From Antedon mediterranea (Eukaryota > Animalia > Echinodermata), in contig NC_092670.1 of assembly GCF_964355755.1 (NCBI RefSeq), positions 30,244,388 to 30,308,387 of the forward strand: a DNA stretch of 64,000 nucleotides, in the 5' to 3' direction. Below are positions 24,460 to 35,673 of this stretch, one piece after another (within the stretch, counting starts at the first letter, position 1; every line of letters starts with the position of its first letter). The translations under genes were made by a program, and so were the position numbers. The notes beneath the pieces are model-generated. The model was not told the DNA's origin. It saw nothing but the letters and a program-made list of their open reading frames with translations, and made no database searches.

Positions 24460-24540
24460 ACGACCACGATGGCGATGACGACGATGATGATGATGATGGT
24501 GGTGGTGATGGTAATGATGATGAGGATGATGATGATCATG
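24460..24540. repeat. (GAT/GGT/GAC)n trinucleotide microsatellite in the probable 3' UTR of the TGF-beta gene
   Basis: Directly visible. Confidence 0.85.
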
Positions 24541-24887
24541 ACACAACACAACAATAACAGTTAGATAACATATTAGATACAGTATGAAAAAACTTACTCT
24601 GTGTAGGACTAATGGAATAAAGTTGATGTGTAGAGAGAGGGGTGTGATGTTAATAATACATAGGTAGGTAATCACTGCAGTCGATAAAGTAGCCACTTCT
24701 ACTATTTGAGAAAACAACTTTGCGTATAAAATGTGCAAAACTATTGAATAAATTGTGTAATGATTATTAATTAACATTGCATTACACATTATTAATAAAA
24801 ATGCAATTCATTTAATATACACGATTCTGTAATAAGCTGTCATGCATGCAGCAGTTTTAAGAAATAGTTAACATCTTCCAATCTGCG

Positions 24888-25004
24888 TTAATTACATCCA
24901 CAGTTGATAACCAGTAAGTTAGAAATATTCACTCTCTTGAATTCATTTCGATCCAACACCAGAACGTGCAAGTCCTCCGTTTTAGAGGGCCCACAGCATT
25001 GGCC
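24888..25004 (-). CDS. TGF-beta-family exon 7 (GQCCGPSKTEDLHVLVLDRNEFKRVNISNLLVINCGCN*)
   Basis: CCxP and terminal CGC followed by stop. Confidence 0.94.
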   Translation of the reverse strand, partial: GQCCGPSKTEDLHVLVLDRNEFKRVNISNLLVINCGCN

Positions 25005-28000
25005 CTATGATTAGAAAACACACATAAACAAAAAGTATAGTGGCGCAATTTAGAGAATTCTTAGAATTGGGCAATGAAGAATTGTATTTCAACTCAACAC
25101 ATTCGGGTCGTTTGTTAGAAATGAGCGGTGATTAATCTACTGTATGGCTTGACATTTGCATCTGCATCAATACCGTGTATAATAGAGGAATGTAATTTTA
25201 ATGTTCTTTTGATTTGAAAAGATGTGATCTTACTTACTTTCCTATTGCCGGTTTCCAACCTTGATTGGGTGAGAAATGTGCTACACGTACCCGTGCAGTA
25301 AGATGCAGTAAAGAGCAATGGAGATATGATGATATCTGATAATCCAAGTTCTAACAAAATATAATCGTAATTTAGTAAGTAACCTATATGAATATTCAGG
25401 AGACCTATTTTATGATGTGAGTGTCCAATATATGTACAGTTTGTATTCACGTTATACTTGCAAATTCAACTTGAACAAGCAAGAAATATGCATCACCATT
25501 GTGCTGCTAAACCCCGTAACAAGTAAACTACTGTATGTTAAAGCATGGACAAACAAAAAGCATCGACGTGGTAACATCAAAGCACAATGAATGATATCTG
25601 TGTTAAAGCATACACTCGCGCTACCCACCACCATATCAAAATGCGAATCAACTGGTAATTTCGTAAATAAACCTCAACAACGAAATCTATGCCCATGAAC
25701 AAATCGTATGTGCAAATCTGATTGCTCTAATGACACGTATATGCGTCGATAAGTTATTTATAGCAAACATATGTTGTTGAACATCGTGAATTTCCCCATA
25801 ATCTGACCACCGTTATTTTAAGTATTAATTTTTGTTTTCTCTCTCTCTCTCCCCTTTTCTCTCTTTCGTGAGTATCGCCTAAAATTATTTCTCATTTCAA
25901 TAATTACTTTCAAATAAACTTTAAATTTCTTTCAATTATTATATAAATACAAAATTGCTGAAAAAATGACAATGCTGTGGGTATCAGTGGCTGGATCTCA
26001 ATGGAGATACAAAATAAAAGCGAAAAGCTAAATCAAAACGAGAAGTAAAACAGCCAGAAAAGTTAACAGAGCTTTCGGGCAACACTAGCCATTCATCAAT
26101 GCATATATATATACACTCATGTGTATACACTCATGTCATATACATACTCTTTTTTGTCATTTTACATTATCAATTTCAATGAAATAAACTACATACCTTT
26201 AAATGTAAATACGGTACTCTTCATACAGCAAGGAAGTGGCGAAGAAAGGTCATCGCATGAAAGAGAAGGTGATGTTTGCCGTTTGTTGCGACGTCGAGTG
26301 GATGTATGGAGATACCGAATGTCAAGGCGAGGAACAGTGTCCGCTACATCGCTGCCTACAAGATAAAAATGCAAAAATAAATGTGTACCAGCTAACCATC
26401 CGTTTGTTTATCTAAACTATTATATATTATAGTGGTTATACAGGCGGAGTCACCAGCCCCGTGTTGCTTAAACTGTTTAAAGAAATATCGGGCGCAGCTG
26501 TATATACCGATATAGTTGGTATTGAATAGCTTCGATGTTGGCAGAGTCGAGAGTATTCACTCACAAGTTACAATGCGTTTATATTAAAAATTTCGACTGT
26601 TATTACCAAAATTTGGTTAAAGTATGTAACTTACTAAACATTCTATATGATGGACGGTATAGGTCTGTTTCATTACACGGTTGAGTGATTATTCTCATAT
26701 TCATAAAATCGTTATTTGGTTCACTATCAAACAGCTCGATATCAATATGCAACCGAATCCGACCTGTGCCAGAGGTCTGCCATCGTTTGACAATGTTGGT
26801 AAAATTAAAAGTCCACCAGCCATTGTTTCCTCGGTGATATGTCGGCGTTCCTATTTGGTGGTTAGTGGCGTTCAGTTCATAAATGGTGATCATTATTCTG
26901 CCATTGCTATCTATTTTGACATGGTTACGTTCGCGCTCTGATGTCCTCTCGTCAAAGTCGGATAATTGAATGTAGAAATCTATTAACTCGTGTCCCGTGC
27001 TCTCTTTTGTGTCATTCTCTAAATATGGGTTTAACAACATACAAATAAATAATAAACAATAAGTTTAAATGATAAAGACACGTATTTCCATATTAAATGT
27101 AGGTGTTTAGTTCGAGTTGTCTTACCGTCACTTTTGTTGCTTTGACTTTCTTCATATAAAACACAATCAGAGTCATTTCGACCAACGACATACAAATACA
27201 ATGTTGCTGATTCGATTTTCACTTTACGCATGCGCTTTTTGTGATATGGTGGTAGAGAAAACACAATTCTATAACGTTCGTTTGGTTTAGCTTCAGATCG
27301 ATTTTCACTGTCATCTTCTAGAACCTTTGCAACTGAAAGAAAAACAAAATCAAGTAATTAACTTATTTCCATTCAACATATTGAATATTTTGAATAAGAT
27401 TTTACTGGTTATCACTGAGAGTAGTAGGCCAACTTGAAACAATGTGATGTTATTACGTTAGTCCAAAATTAAAATCCGTCAACATTTTTTTTTTTTATCT
27501 TATGTGTGTTCATCCCACTTTTATTTCTATACAAATGTTCTCTTTATTATTATTATATTAACAGTGTTTGTTTCATCATCTGTTTACATACACCTTTTTA
27601 AAGAGTTTTGTTCATTTGTTTACATATTATCACATTGATTACATAGTTTCCTCTTTTTATACATATTATCTGTAACACATTTTCATTAACAAGCTTTTTT
27701 TTTTACATAGTTGTTTTTCTGTTTTTTTTATCTACCATATTTTCATTTAACAATGCATATTCTCTGTTATACTAATTACTTACTAAATTTTTACTGTTAA
27801 CATAATATTTTTCTCATCCTTTCACATTAATATTTTTGTTCTTTAATGTTTACACAACTTTATTTCCAACAGAATATCCATTTTTGCATCTATAACTCAT
27901 TACATTTTCATTTAACTTTTTTACTTTCTTCTCTTAAGTGGGTTCATTCCACTTTTTTTTCTTTACTTATTTTCTTGAAAAAATATTTCCATGTATTATT

Positions 28001-31000
28001 TTGTTTATACATACATTATCATTTAACAACATTTATCTTTAATGATCCATTTAAAAAATTATACTTTTTTTTTTCTTTCCGTCAAAAGTTGTTATTATTA
28101 TAATTGTGCAGATTGCTGAATATTGATTAAAATATGAGTAACTGTACATGTCAAGTTCAAATATATTCTGTAACATTATCTGTATTATTTAGGCAGCTGT
28201 TTTCCCTCGACATTTCTATAATAATACATTTCATAGAAACGTGATGGAATGCCATATAAAACCATTTAACCCCCTGAAATGTATCTATATTTTGGGAAAA
28301 ATGTGCATTTTTGCAAAAGGTCAATTTTAAAAGATGTATGCTGCGCAATGGTACCAAGATAATACTAATTAGATGTTTGATACTTGGGTTATTAGGATAA
28401 ATGTTACCCCCTACCCTAAAAAATATTTGAAGATAAAACACTGATGATCATTACGAATGACAAAAGTACATACAATGCATCCCTTTATTTTTCTTGTTAA
28501 CATCGATTTTTTCACTCTATATTACCCCCTCCAGCCCATGGACTATGTATCCAAACAATTTTAAACAAACATTATCTTTTTATGTTGACTAAATCATTTG
28601 TTGTTCCTGTAATGTCATTCAATGCTTTTTAATAGTAGGCCTAATGCTTTCACTGAAAAAATAGGACTATGCATCATCTGCGTTGGCAGTAATTTCTTTG
28701 TTCAGTGTAAACTAGCAATACGCCTGATTTCAGTTCGTTCACACACTGCTATCCTATCGTCCAGTGATGACCAATTACCTTAGACTGTGCTCACTTTATA
28801 TTATTTGTTTAGGGCCTACTTGCATAGCATTGATACTATGGATGAAGTAGTTCTTCTAAGCTTAACTTATTATATCTTCCTTTTTTTAGAAACACATCGA
28901 TATATATCGCAAACCTGAGTAGCAGAAATTGACAAAGTATAGTAGGAGAGATGCACCAACCTGTAGGCCTGTTGTTACAAAAGATTTAGGTCGCATTTTT
29001 TTTCTATAGGCCTACAGATTATATTTAGTTATTACTTACTAAATGGATTTAATTTAATATCTTCTTCGTTCACCAAGGCTTCAGTCGGGTCATATTCTAT
29101 AATCTTTTTAGTGAGTTCTTCTGTAATACTGAATTCAGGAGCCGGTGGTGGTCTTTCCATTCCTAGCCTATGTAGTATCTGCCGTTTGTAAGCTTCTAAC
29201 AACAAGTCCCTCTCATTTGGAACACTATTTCTACTCTGACTAGAAGAAAAAGAAAGTTCAAAATTCAAATACATTATACAAAATCTGTAATTTAACCACT
29301 TTATTAACGAATTATATTGATTTAAATCCATTTAGTAAGTATACTAATTAATTATATCTACAAAGAAAAAAACTGCGACATTTTTTAAAATATAATACAT
29401 TGTCCTGTACTATAACGAACATGAAGATTGTATGTTAAACGAACAACGTTAAATTCGATGCGTTTTGTTTTGTGCTTTACAATAATACCGCAAACTAAAA
29501 TATTTTCAGAAACCGGAATTCCTGAATAATCAGCAGCTGCGCCCGATTAATTCTGTTAAATTTTTCACACATTTGCATTAGGAATAATAAGCTAATTGCC
29601 AGTGCGCGATTCGATCGATCTGTAAGTATATTGTAATGCTATGATTTTAGGATCGAAATTCTGTGAATGAGATATTTATAGAGTCTCGTTCATGTTTGGA
29701 ACTCCAATGAAACATTCCACAGAGTACATCCGATCCATGAAGTGATCTACACAATATATCATATATTTAGATAAATTAAGAGACTGTTTACTTTGAGTCT
29801 GAATGGGAATATACTGTAGCTGTAAAACATCAAAAAGTTAAAAATAATAACGTTGCAATGATAATGTGTTTTACGATTAGGGCCTATTGTGTTTTTAAAG
29901 GGTCCATAAGGTCCATTCGTCTTGGTTAAAACAACAATATTCACTGTTTCAGAATGTACGTTTTGTTTATAGTTAGTAAATAATGTCTAGACATACCCTT
30001 TCTTTCTCTTTTAAAACAGACACTGTTAAAATAATATAATCTATATAGTACAATTGACTGTCAATAAGTTATTTCTTGCTTTTGTTAGAGTAATTTTTGT
30101 ATTAAATAATTTAATTATACTTTAATTTCTCAATGAAAAAATGTAAAAAGAGAAAGAAGGAGAAAAGCAGCTCAAATCGAGATTCCAAAACGGAATCCTC
30201 TGTTTGATATAGAGACATAACATACATACTATCAATTTATTACTAGGGATGTCGTAGTTGTTCAAATACGGGTGAACGAACTCTGTTCTGCATTCAACGC
30301 GGACAAACAACAGAAGAATAGATTTTGATTAGTTTTCTTGTGCCGTATCCGGACAACTTACTACCTCCTGGACAATTAACACCTGGACAACTACCACCCG
30401 GACAATGACCCCCTAGGATAACACCACCCGGACAATTATCCCCTAGGACAACTACCCTCTAGGACAACTCCTACCCGGACAACTACCCCCTAGGACAACT
30501 ACCCGCTAGGACAACTACCCGCTAGGACAACTACCCTCTAGGACAACTACCCTCCTAGGACAACTAACCTCCTAGGACAACTACCCTCTAGTCCAACTGC
30601 TATGCCCCTAGGACAACACTCTCTGAACAACCACATCTATATCATGACACCTACACCTTATGTTATAATTACGATCTTGTAAAACTTACTGAACTTCAAA
30701 ACATAGGGAGAGAGATTGATCTTAAATGAGAGCTTTTAAATTTTTTTTTTATTTTACATTAACGAGAATCGATCAAATTATTAAAACGTATTCCAATCTT
30801 GAAAAATAAAGGGGTGGCTTATTTTATTCTTGTGTGACATGAAGATGCCGTTTACATAGCTGACCCAGTCAATCAAACAGTCTTTCATTTAAGATCAATC
30901 TCTCTCCCTATGTTTTTAAGTTCAGTCAGTTTTACAAGATCGTAATTATAACCTAAGGTGTAGATGTGGTTGTTCAGAGAGTGTTGTTGTTCTAAAAGGG

Positions 31001-31975
31001 TAGTTGTCCTAGGGGCATAGCAGTTGGACTAGAGGGTAGTTGTAAGATAGTGGGACTCCGGTAGCAGCCCCTTATTATCGATAAAATTGTACTATCCGTC
31101 CATCCAGTAAACTGATGACTTAATACAAATGCTGTGTGTAACCACATTAATACGACGTATCGTATCACAAAATTCATAGTACAAGGTATCGACTACAATG
31201 ACTACAACAAATAATGATCCCTATATACTAATTTACATATCATGATATTATGTAAATACAAATAAACTCCTTTAAACCATCGTAGTTCAACAAACTGTAT
31301 AAAGCATATCGGTTTGCTAGAGCAATGATGTTAGCGGTATACTTTATCTCATTTACTGCTTATTTGCAGAGGGGGGAAGTGAAATAGTTATATACTAGAA
31401 TAAGCCTAATTTATTAGATTATTGGTACTAATCTAACCGCAATTCAACTTCTGTAAATAATGTCAAAAAATTGTCACGATTAATAATATTGTCGCATAAC
31501 GTTATAATAAACGCAACGCCATAAAGCATACATTATAAAGACTGTACAAGGAAAGAGGGTAACAATAAGGGGATATATCTTCTTCTAAGAGTTTCTCGAC
31601 GTTTCGTTCAATAAACTTTGATCGTCCTCATAGGAGGGAGAATATAGGAAGTACTACAAACTTTAACCATATTCAATCTGTGCTTTGTTGTTCTATAAAC
31701 GCATTCATTATTGACAGTTATTATTTCTTGTCTGCAGCCTTTCTTGTCATTTCTTCTTTATATATTGTTTATTCAAACGGATTCAACTATGATTCTATCA
31801 TATATGATACTAAAAATATCAACATTGTTGATTGATTCAATAATTATAATTACAAGACAATGGTAATATAATAGAATACTACTTACGACGGTGTAACTTG
31901 CATGTCACTATCGTCTATTGCAGATGCAATCATAAAACTAAGCCAAATCAGCAGCAATTTGATATTCGCCATCAT
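24888..31975 (-). CDS. TGF-beta superfamily ligand, activin/myostatin/TGF-beta-type 9-Cys knot, divergent; 7 exons, about 422 aa
   Basis: Exons 31887-31975, 29040-29239, 27126-27332, 26635-27018, 26197-26355, 25238-25350 and 24888-25004 join in frame: signal peptide, prodomain KRQILHRLGMERPP and GWWTFNFT, furin site RRRNKR, mature C..CC..CTGTC..CC..CGC*. Confidence 0.93.
25238..25350 (-). CDS. TGF-beta-family exon 6 (ELGLSDIIISPLLFTASYCTGTC)
   Basis: II.P..F.A.YCxGxC motif. Confidence 0.93.
26197..26355 (-). CDS. TGF-beta-family exon 5 (furin site RRRNKR and start of mature domain)
   Basis: RRRNKR/QTSPSLSCDDLSSPLPCCMKSTVFTFK. Confidence 0.93.
26635..27018 (-). CDS. TGF-beta-family exon 4 (GWWTFNFTNIVKRW)
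   Basis: GW..F.+T..V..W prodomain motif. Confidence 0.9.
27126..27332 (-). CDS. TGF-beta-family exon 3 (KIESATLYLYV)
   Basis: I.SA.L.LY prodomain strand; splice sites and phase fit. Confidence 0.88.
29040..29239 (-). CDS. TGF-beta-family exon 2 (prodomain alpha1 helix and latency lasso LEAYKRQILHRLGMERPP)
   Basis: Conserved K.QIL..LG+..PP motif. Confidence 0.92.
30342..31060. mobile_element. Foldback-type non-autonomous DNA element with subterminal (GGACAACTACCC..TA)n repeats
   Basis: About 13 tandem 17-21 bp units at 30350-30620; ~150-bp inverted arms 30579-30729 and 30886-31042. Confidence 0.75.
31595..31636 (-). ncRNA. Degenerate minimal hammerhead ribozyme motif (Penelope-like element relic)
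   Basis: Minus strand reads CTC-C[TA]TGAGGA-C-GATCAA-agttta-TTGAAC-GAAA-CGTC-GAG. Confidence 0.45.
31887..31975 (-). CDS. TGF-beta-family exon 1 (MMANIKLLLIWLSFMIASAIDDSDMQVTP, signal peptide)
   Basis: Hydrophobic leader, GTAAG donor, phase 2 matches exon 2, TATA box upstream. Confidence 0.8.
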
Positions 31976-32049
31976 ATTACACACCTGTAGAGTTGTAAGG
32001 TTTAACATTCGCTAGTTCATTATGATATACAGTACTTTGAGCTTTTGCG

Positions 32050-32058
32050 TTTTATATA
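32050..32058 (-). promoter_or_regulatory. Candidate TATA box of the TGF-beta-family gene
   Basis: TATATAAAA on the minus strand, about 75 bp upstream of the ATG. Confidence 0.5.
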
Positions 32059-32923
32059 CGTTATCAACTCATGAACTTTTGACATTTGAAGATTTGTAAG
32101 TGTCAAATGTTTATTTGATTTTGTCATGCTATTCATTTATAGGCCTACTATAGATGAGTATAGTGAGTCAAAGTTGTGCATGTTATGTTCACTTTCAAAG
32201 ATGTAAATTTTATTAAACTTCATAATATTGCTAATTTTAAATTCTAAAAAAAAATCTTGTTCTTGTCTCTTTTATTGAATACATCTCATTTTGTCTCATT
32301 TCCTTCTAATTCCTACTTCTTATTTTAAATATGATTGATTATTTGCGTTTGCATGATGCTGTCTCTCATTCTGATTGCTATTTTCGGGAAATATATTTCT
32401 GATCCTTCTTTTTTCCTTTTGGTTTTCTTGATAATTTTTCTTGCAATATTGACAGCTATGGAATGGCTCTTTAAAAACGGGAAGATTGATTGTTTGATTG
32501 ATAGACCGTGTCCTTGTTGATATCATTTCCCATGGACTGGGTGGCATCATTGCTTAGAGTTCTAGACTCCGGTTCAAATCCCGTATATTACCCATGTTAA
32601 ATCGTTTAATTGTTTGTATTATTGTGATTTTAACTCGTTTACCATGTTAAATTCTTCATTCAATTCAACATTTATTTTTCTTATCTGTTCGTTTTGTGCC
32701 TCGGGTTCGCTCAAAAGCGAGCCATATGTTATTAAGTCGATAATGTTAAACATTTTTGGTAATAAACCATGAAAAAAACTACTTTACGAGGAGTAAACAA
32801 ATAGTAATGTGCTGTGTTACAACCGCTAATGTAGAAAACGCCAGCTAATATCGAAAACTACTTTAACTTATAAACATCCATATTGAAGAAATCCACTATA
32901 CCAAGAACGGGCAATAAATAAGT

Positions 32924-33002
32924 GGTTCGTTGGTCTAGTGGTATGATTCTCGCTTCGGGTGCGAGGTACTGTAGGTCCCGGGTTCAAATCCCGGACGAGC
33001 CC
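32924..33002 (+). pseudogene. tRNA-Pro(CGG) with 7-nt insertion in the variable loop
   Basis: tRNA-Pro consensus plus GTACTGT at 32966-32972. Confidence 0.85.
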
Positions 33003-33031
33003 TTCAATTGTTTTAAATTATAAATTTAACC

Positions 33032-33101
33032 GGGCTCGTCCAGGAGTCGAACCCGGGGTCTCTCTCACACTAAGCGATTCACTCTTCTAGACCAACGAGC
33101 C
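33032..33101 (-). pseudogene. Degenerate tRNA-Pro-derived copy (anticodon AGT), inverted
   Basis: Reverse complement of the degenerate unit type found in the array. Confidence 0.8.
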
Positions 33102-33192
33102 ACTTATTTATTGGCCATTGTTGGTATAGTGGATTTCATCAAAATGGATGTTTATGAGAAAGTTTAAATTGTTTAGAATTATAAATTCAAAA

Positions 33193-33264
33193 GGGCTCGT
33201 CCGGGAATTGAACCCGGGACCTCTTGCACCCTAAGCGAGAATCATACCACTAGACCAACGAGCC
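33193..33264 (-). tRNA. tRNA-Pro(AGG), inverted relative to the main array
   Basis: 72-nt cloverleaf with one anticodon-stem mismatch. Confidence 0.85.
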
Positions 33265-33356
33265 ACTTATTTTTTGGCCGTTCTTGGTATAGAGGATTTC
33301 AATATAGCCTAGCCTAGTTTCAAGCTTGCCTGAAGTTTTCATGTAAATATAGTTAA

Positions 33357-33893
33357 AGAGGTATTGTCCCTTTGACTAATTAAAAAAAAAAAAAAATAAA
33401 AGATATCGAAAAAACGTGGGTCATTTTGAAGTATCATAATAGTTATTAACTATCACCAACAATTTTTCGAAAAAAAAAAAAATTAACTGAAATACAGACG
33501 TTTTTTTGTTTAAAAAATAACTTTGACTTCCAGTCAAAGTTTTCAATCAAAACATATCCCATAATGAAACGCGCTTGTTTGGCTACTCTGTATGCATCAT
33601 AAAACTTCCTCATGATCTGTGTGAAAATACCTTCTTAACCGTGACGAGTTGTATACAATCCTAATTTAGCATATGCATAATGCGTACTAATGGTTTGAAA
33701 TCTTTGTTTACTTTTGCTCGTGACGATTTTCCAGATGAAATGTAATCAAACTAATTTACCTGTGAATTACGTAAACTTGTTGTTTTTGGCTCGAATTTTC
33801 GACTTAAAGTGAATAACTTTAATATTACTTTGATATGGCCACTTTAAATTTAGAATATTTTGACCTTCATTTTTTTGTGTTTCCAATACATCT
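33357..33893. mobile_element. Kolobok-type MITE, 537 bp
   Basis: TTAA-AGAGGTATTG ... CAATACATCT-TTAA: TTAA duplication with RR...YY termini. Confidence 0.65.
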
Positions 33894-34530
33894 TTAATTC
33901 TTAGAATAAATGTTAATACATTAAATTAGTTGTCTAGCCTAATAGGCCTAGTATTGTTTAATCTTTTACTTTTAGTTAAGATCATTGCTATGCATATCGT
34001 CATGCATCAGCGGTTTCTGTCTGAAAATTACGTAACTTAGCTGATTGTGAGAATTTGAAGCGAAAATCGTAAGCACTTCCGTGGCAGAACAACGTATCTG
34101 GATACGTTGTTTTGCCTTGGAAAATGCCAGAATTATATGTTTTTTTTGCTTAAAGATACGTGGTACTATCTCTAAAATTAATAATCTCTGAAACCTGAAA
34201 TTTTTACATGTTTTTCATAAATTTGTAATAATTCCCCAAATGTAAAAATCTCAAAAATTGACAAAAATGCGAGTTACGTGGTTTTGCCTTGGAACGGCCC
34301 AGAATTGAAAATGTAAAGCTTTGGTACTTTCTGATAAAATCCACTTTACCACGAGTAAACAACGCGTAGAGGGCTCGTTGGTCTAGTGTCACGATTCGCG
34401 CTTTGGGTGCGTAGGTCCGGAGTTAAATTCTCGGACGCCCCCTATTGAATTTATAATTTTAAACAATTTGAACTTTCTCATAAACATCCATATTGAAATC
34501 CACTATACCAAGAACGGGCAATAAATAAGT

Positions 34531-34602
34531 GGCTCGTTGGTCTAGTGGTATGATTCTCGCTTCGGGTGCGAGAGGTCCCGGGTTCAACTCCCGGACGAGC
34601 CC
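34531..34602 (+). tRNA. tRNA-Pro(CGG), representative intact copy
   Basis: 72 nt, intact A and B boxes and all stems. Confidence 0.92.
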
Positions 34603-35601
34603 TGTTAAATGTTAAGCTTTAATACTTGCTCGTCAAACAATAAATAACATCCACTTTACCTCGAGTAAACAAAGCGTAGAGGGCTAGTTAGTCAAAGTAT
34701 CCTGATTCTAGCTTTGGCTGCGGGAGGTCCCGGGTTCAATTCCCGGATGAGCCCTGTTGAATTTATAATTTGAAACAATTTTTATTTTCTTATAAATATC
34801 CATATTGAATCTACTATACCAAGAACAGCCAATAAATAAGTGGTTCGTTGGTCTAGTGGTATGATTCTCGCTTAGGGTGCGAGAGGTCCCGGGTTCAATT
34901 CCCGGACGAGCCCTGTAGAATTTATGATTTTAAACAATTTAAACTTTCTCATAAACATTCATTTTGAAGAAATCCACTACACCAAGAACGGCCAATTGGT
35001 CTTGTAGAATGAATCGATTAGTGTGAGAGAGATCCCGGGTTCGACTCCTGGTCGAGCCCTGTGGAATCTATAATTGTAAACTATTTGAACTTTCTCATAA
35101 ACATCCATATTGAAATCCACGGTAGTCTAGTATCATGATTCTCGCTTTGGCTGCGGGAGATCCCGGGTTCAATTACCGGATGAGCCATGTTGAATTTATA
35201 ATTTTAAACAATTTTTATTTTCTTATAAATATCCATATTGAAATCCACTATACAAAGAACAGCCAATAAATAAGTGGTTCGTCGGTCTAGTGGTATGATT
35301 CTCGCTTAGGGTGCGAGAGGTCCCGGGTTCATTTCCCGGACGAGGCCTGTAGAATTTATCATTTTAAACAATTTGAACTTTCTCATAAACATCCATTTTG
35401 AAGAAATCCACTAAACCAAAAACGGCCAACAAATGAGTGGCTCGTTGGTCTAGTGGTATGATTCTCGCTTAGGGTGCGAAAGGTCCCGGGTTCATTTCCC
35501 GGACGAGGCCTGTAGAATTTATCATTTTAAACAATTTGAACTTTCTCATAAACATCCATTTTGAAGAAATCTACTAAACCAAAAACGGCCAACAAATGAG
35601 T

Positions 35602-35673
35602 GGCTCGTTGGTCTAGTGGTATGATTCTCGCTTAGGGTGCGAGAGGTCCCGGGTTCAATTCCCGGACGAGCCC
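35602..35673 (+). tRNA. tRNA-Pro(AGG), representative intact copy
   Basis: 72 nt, matches the eukaryotic tRNA-Pro consensus. Confidence 0.95.

Noticed and set aside
24418-24789. His-rich ORF
   Set aside because: Translation of a (CAT)n microsatellite downstream of the TGF-beta stop codon.
30229-30290. Possible extra exon of the TGF-beta gene (TEFVHPYLNNYDIPSNKLI)
   Set aside because: Its best donor gives the wrong phase; exons 1 and 2 already join in frame.
19616-31975. Functional integrin-TGF-beta coupling suggested by adjacency
   Set aside because: No RGD motif in the prodomain; adjacency alone is not evidence.
32335-32520. Hydrophobic two-TM-like small ORF
   Set aside because: T-rich low-complexity sequence with no recognisable motif or splice support.
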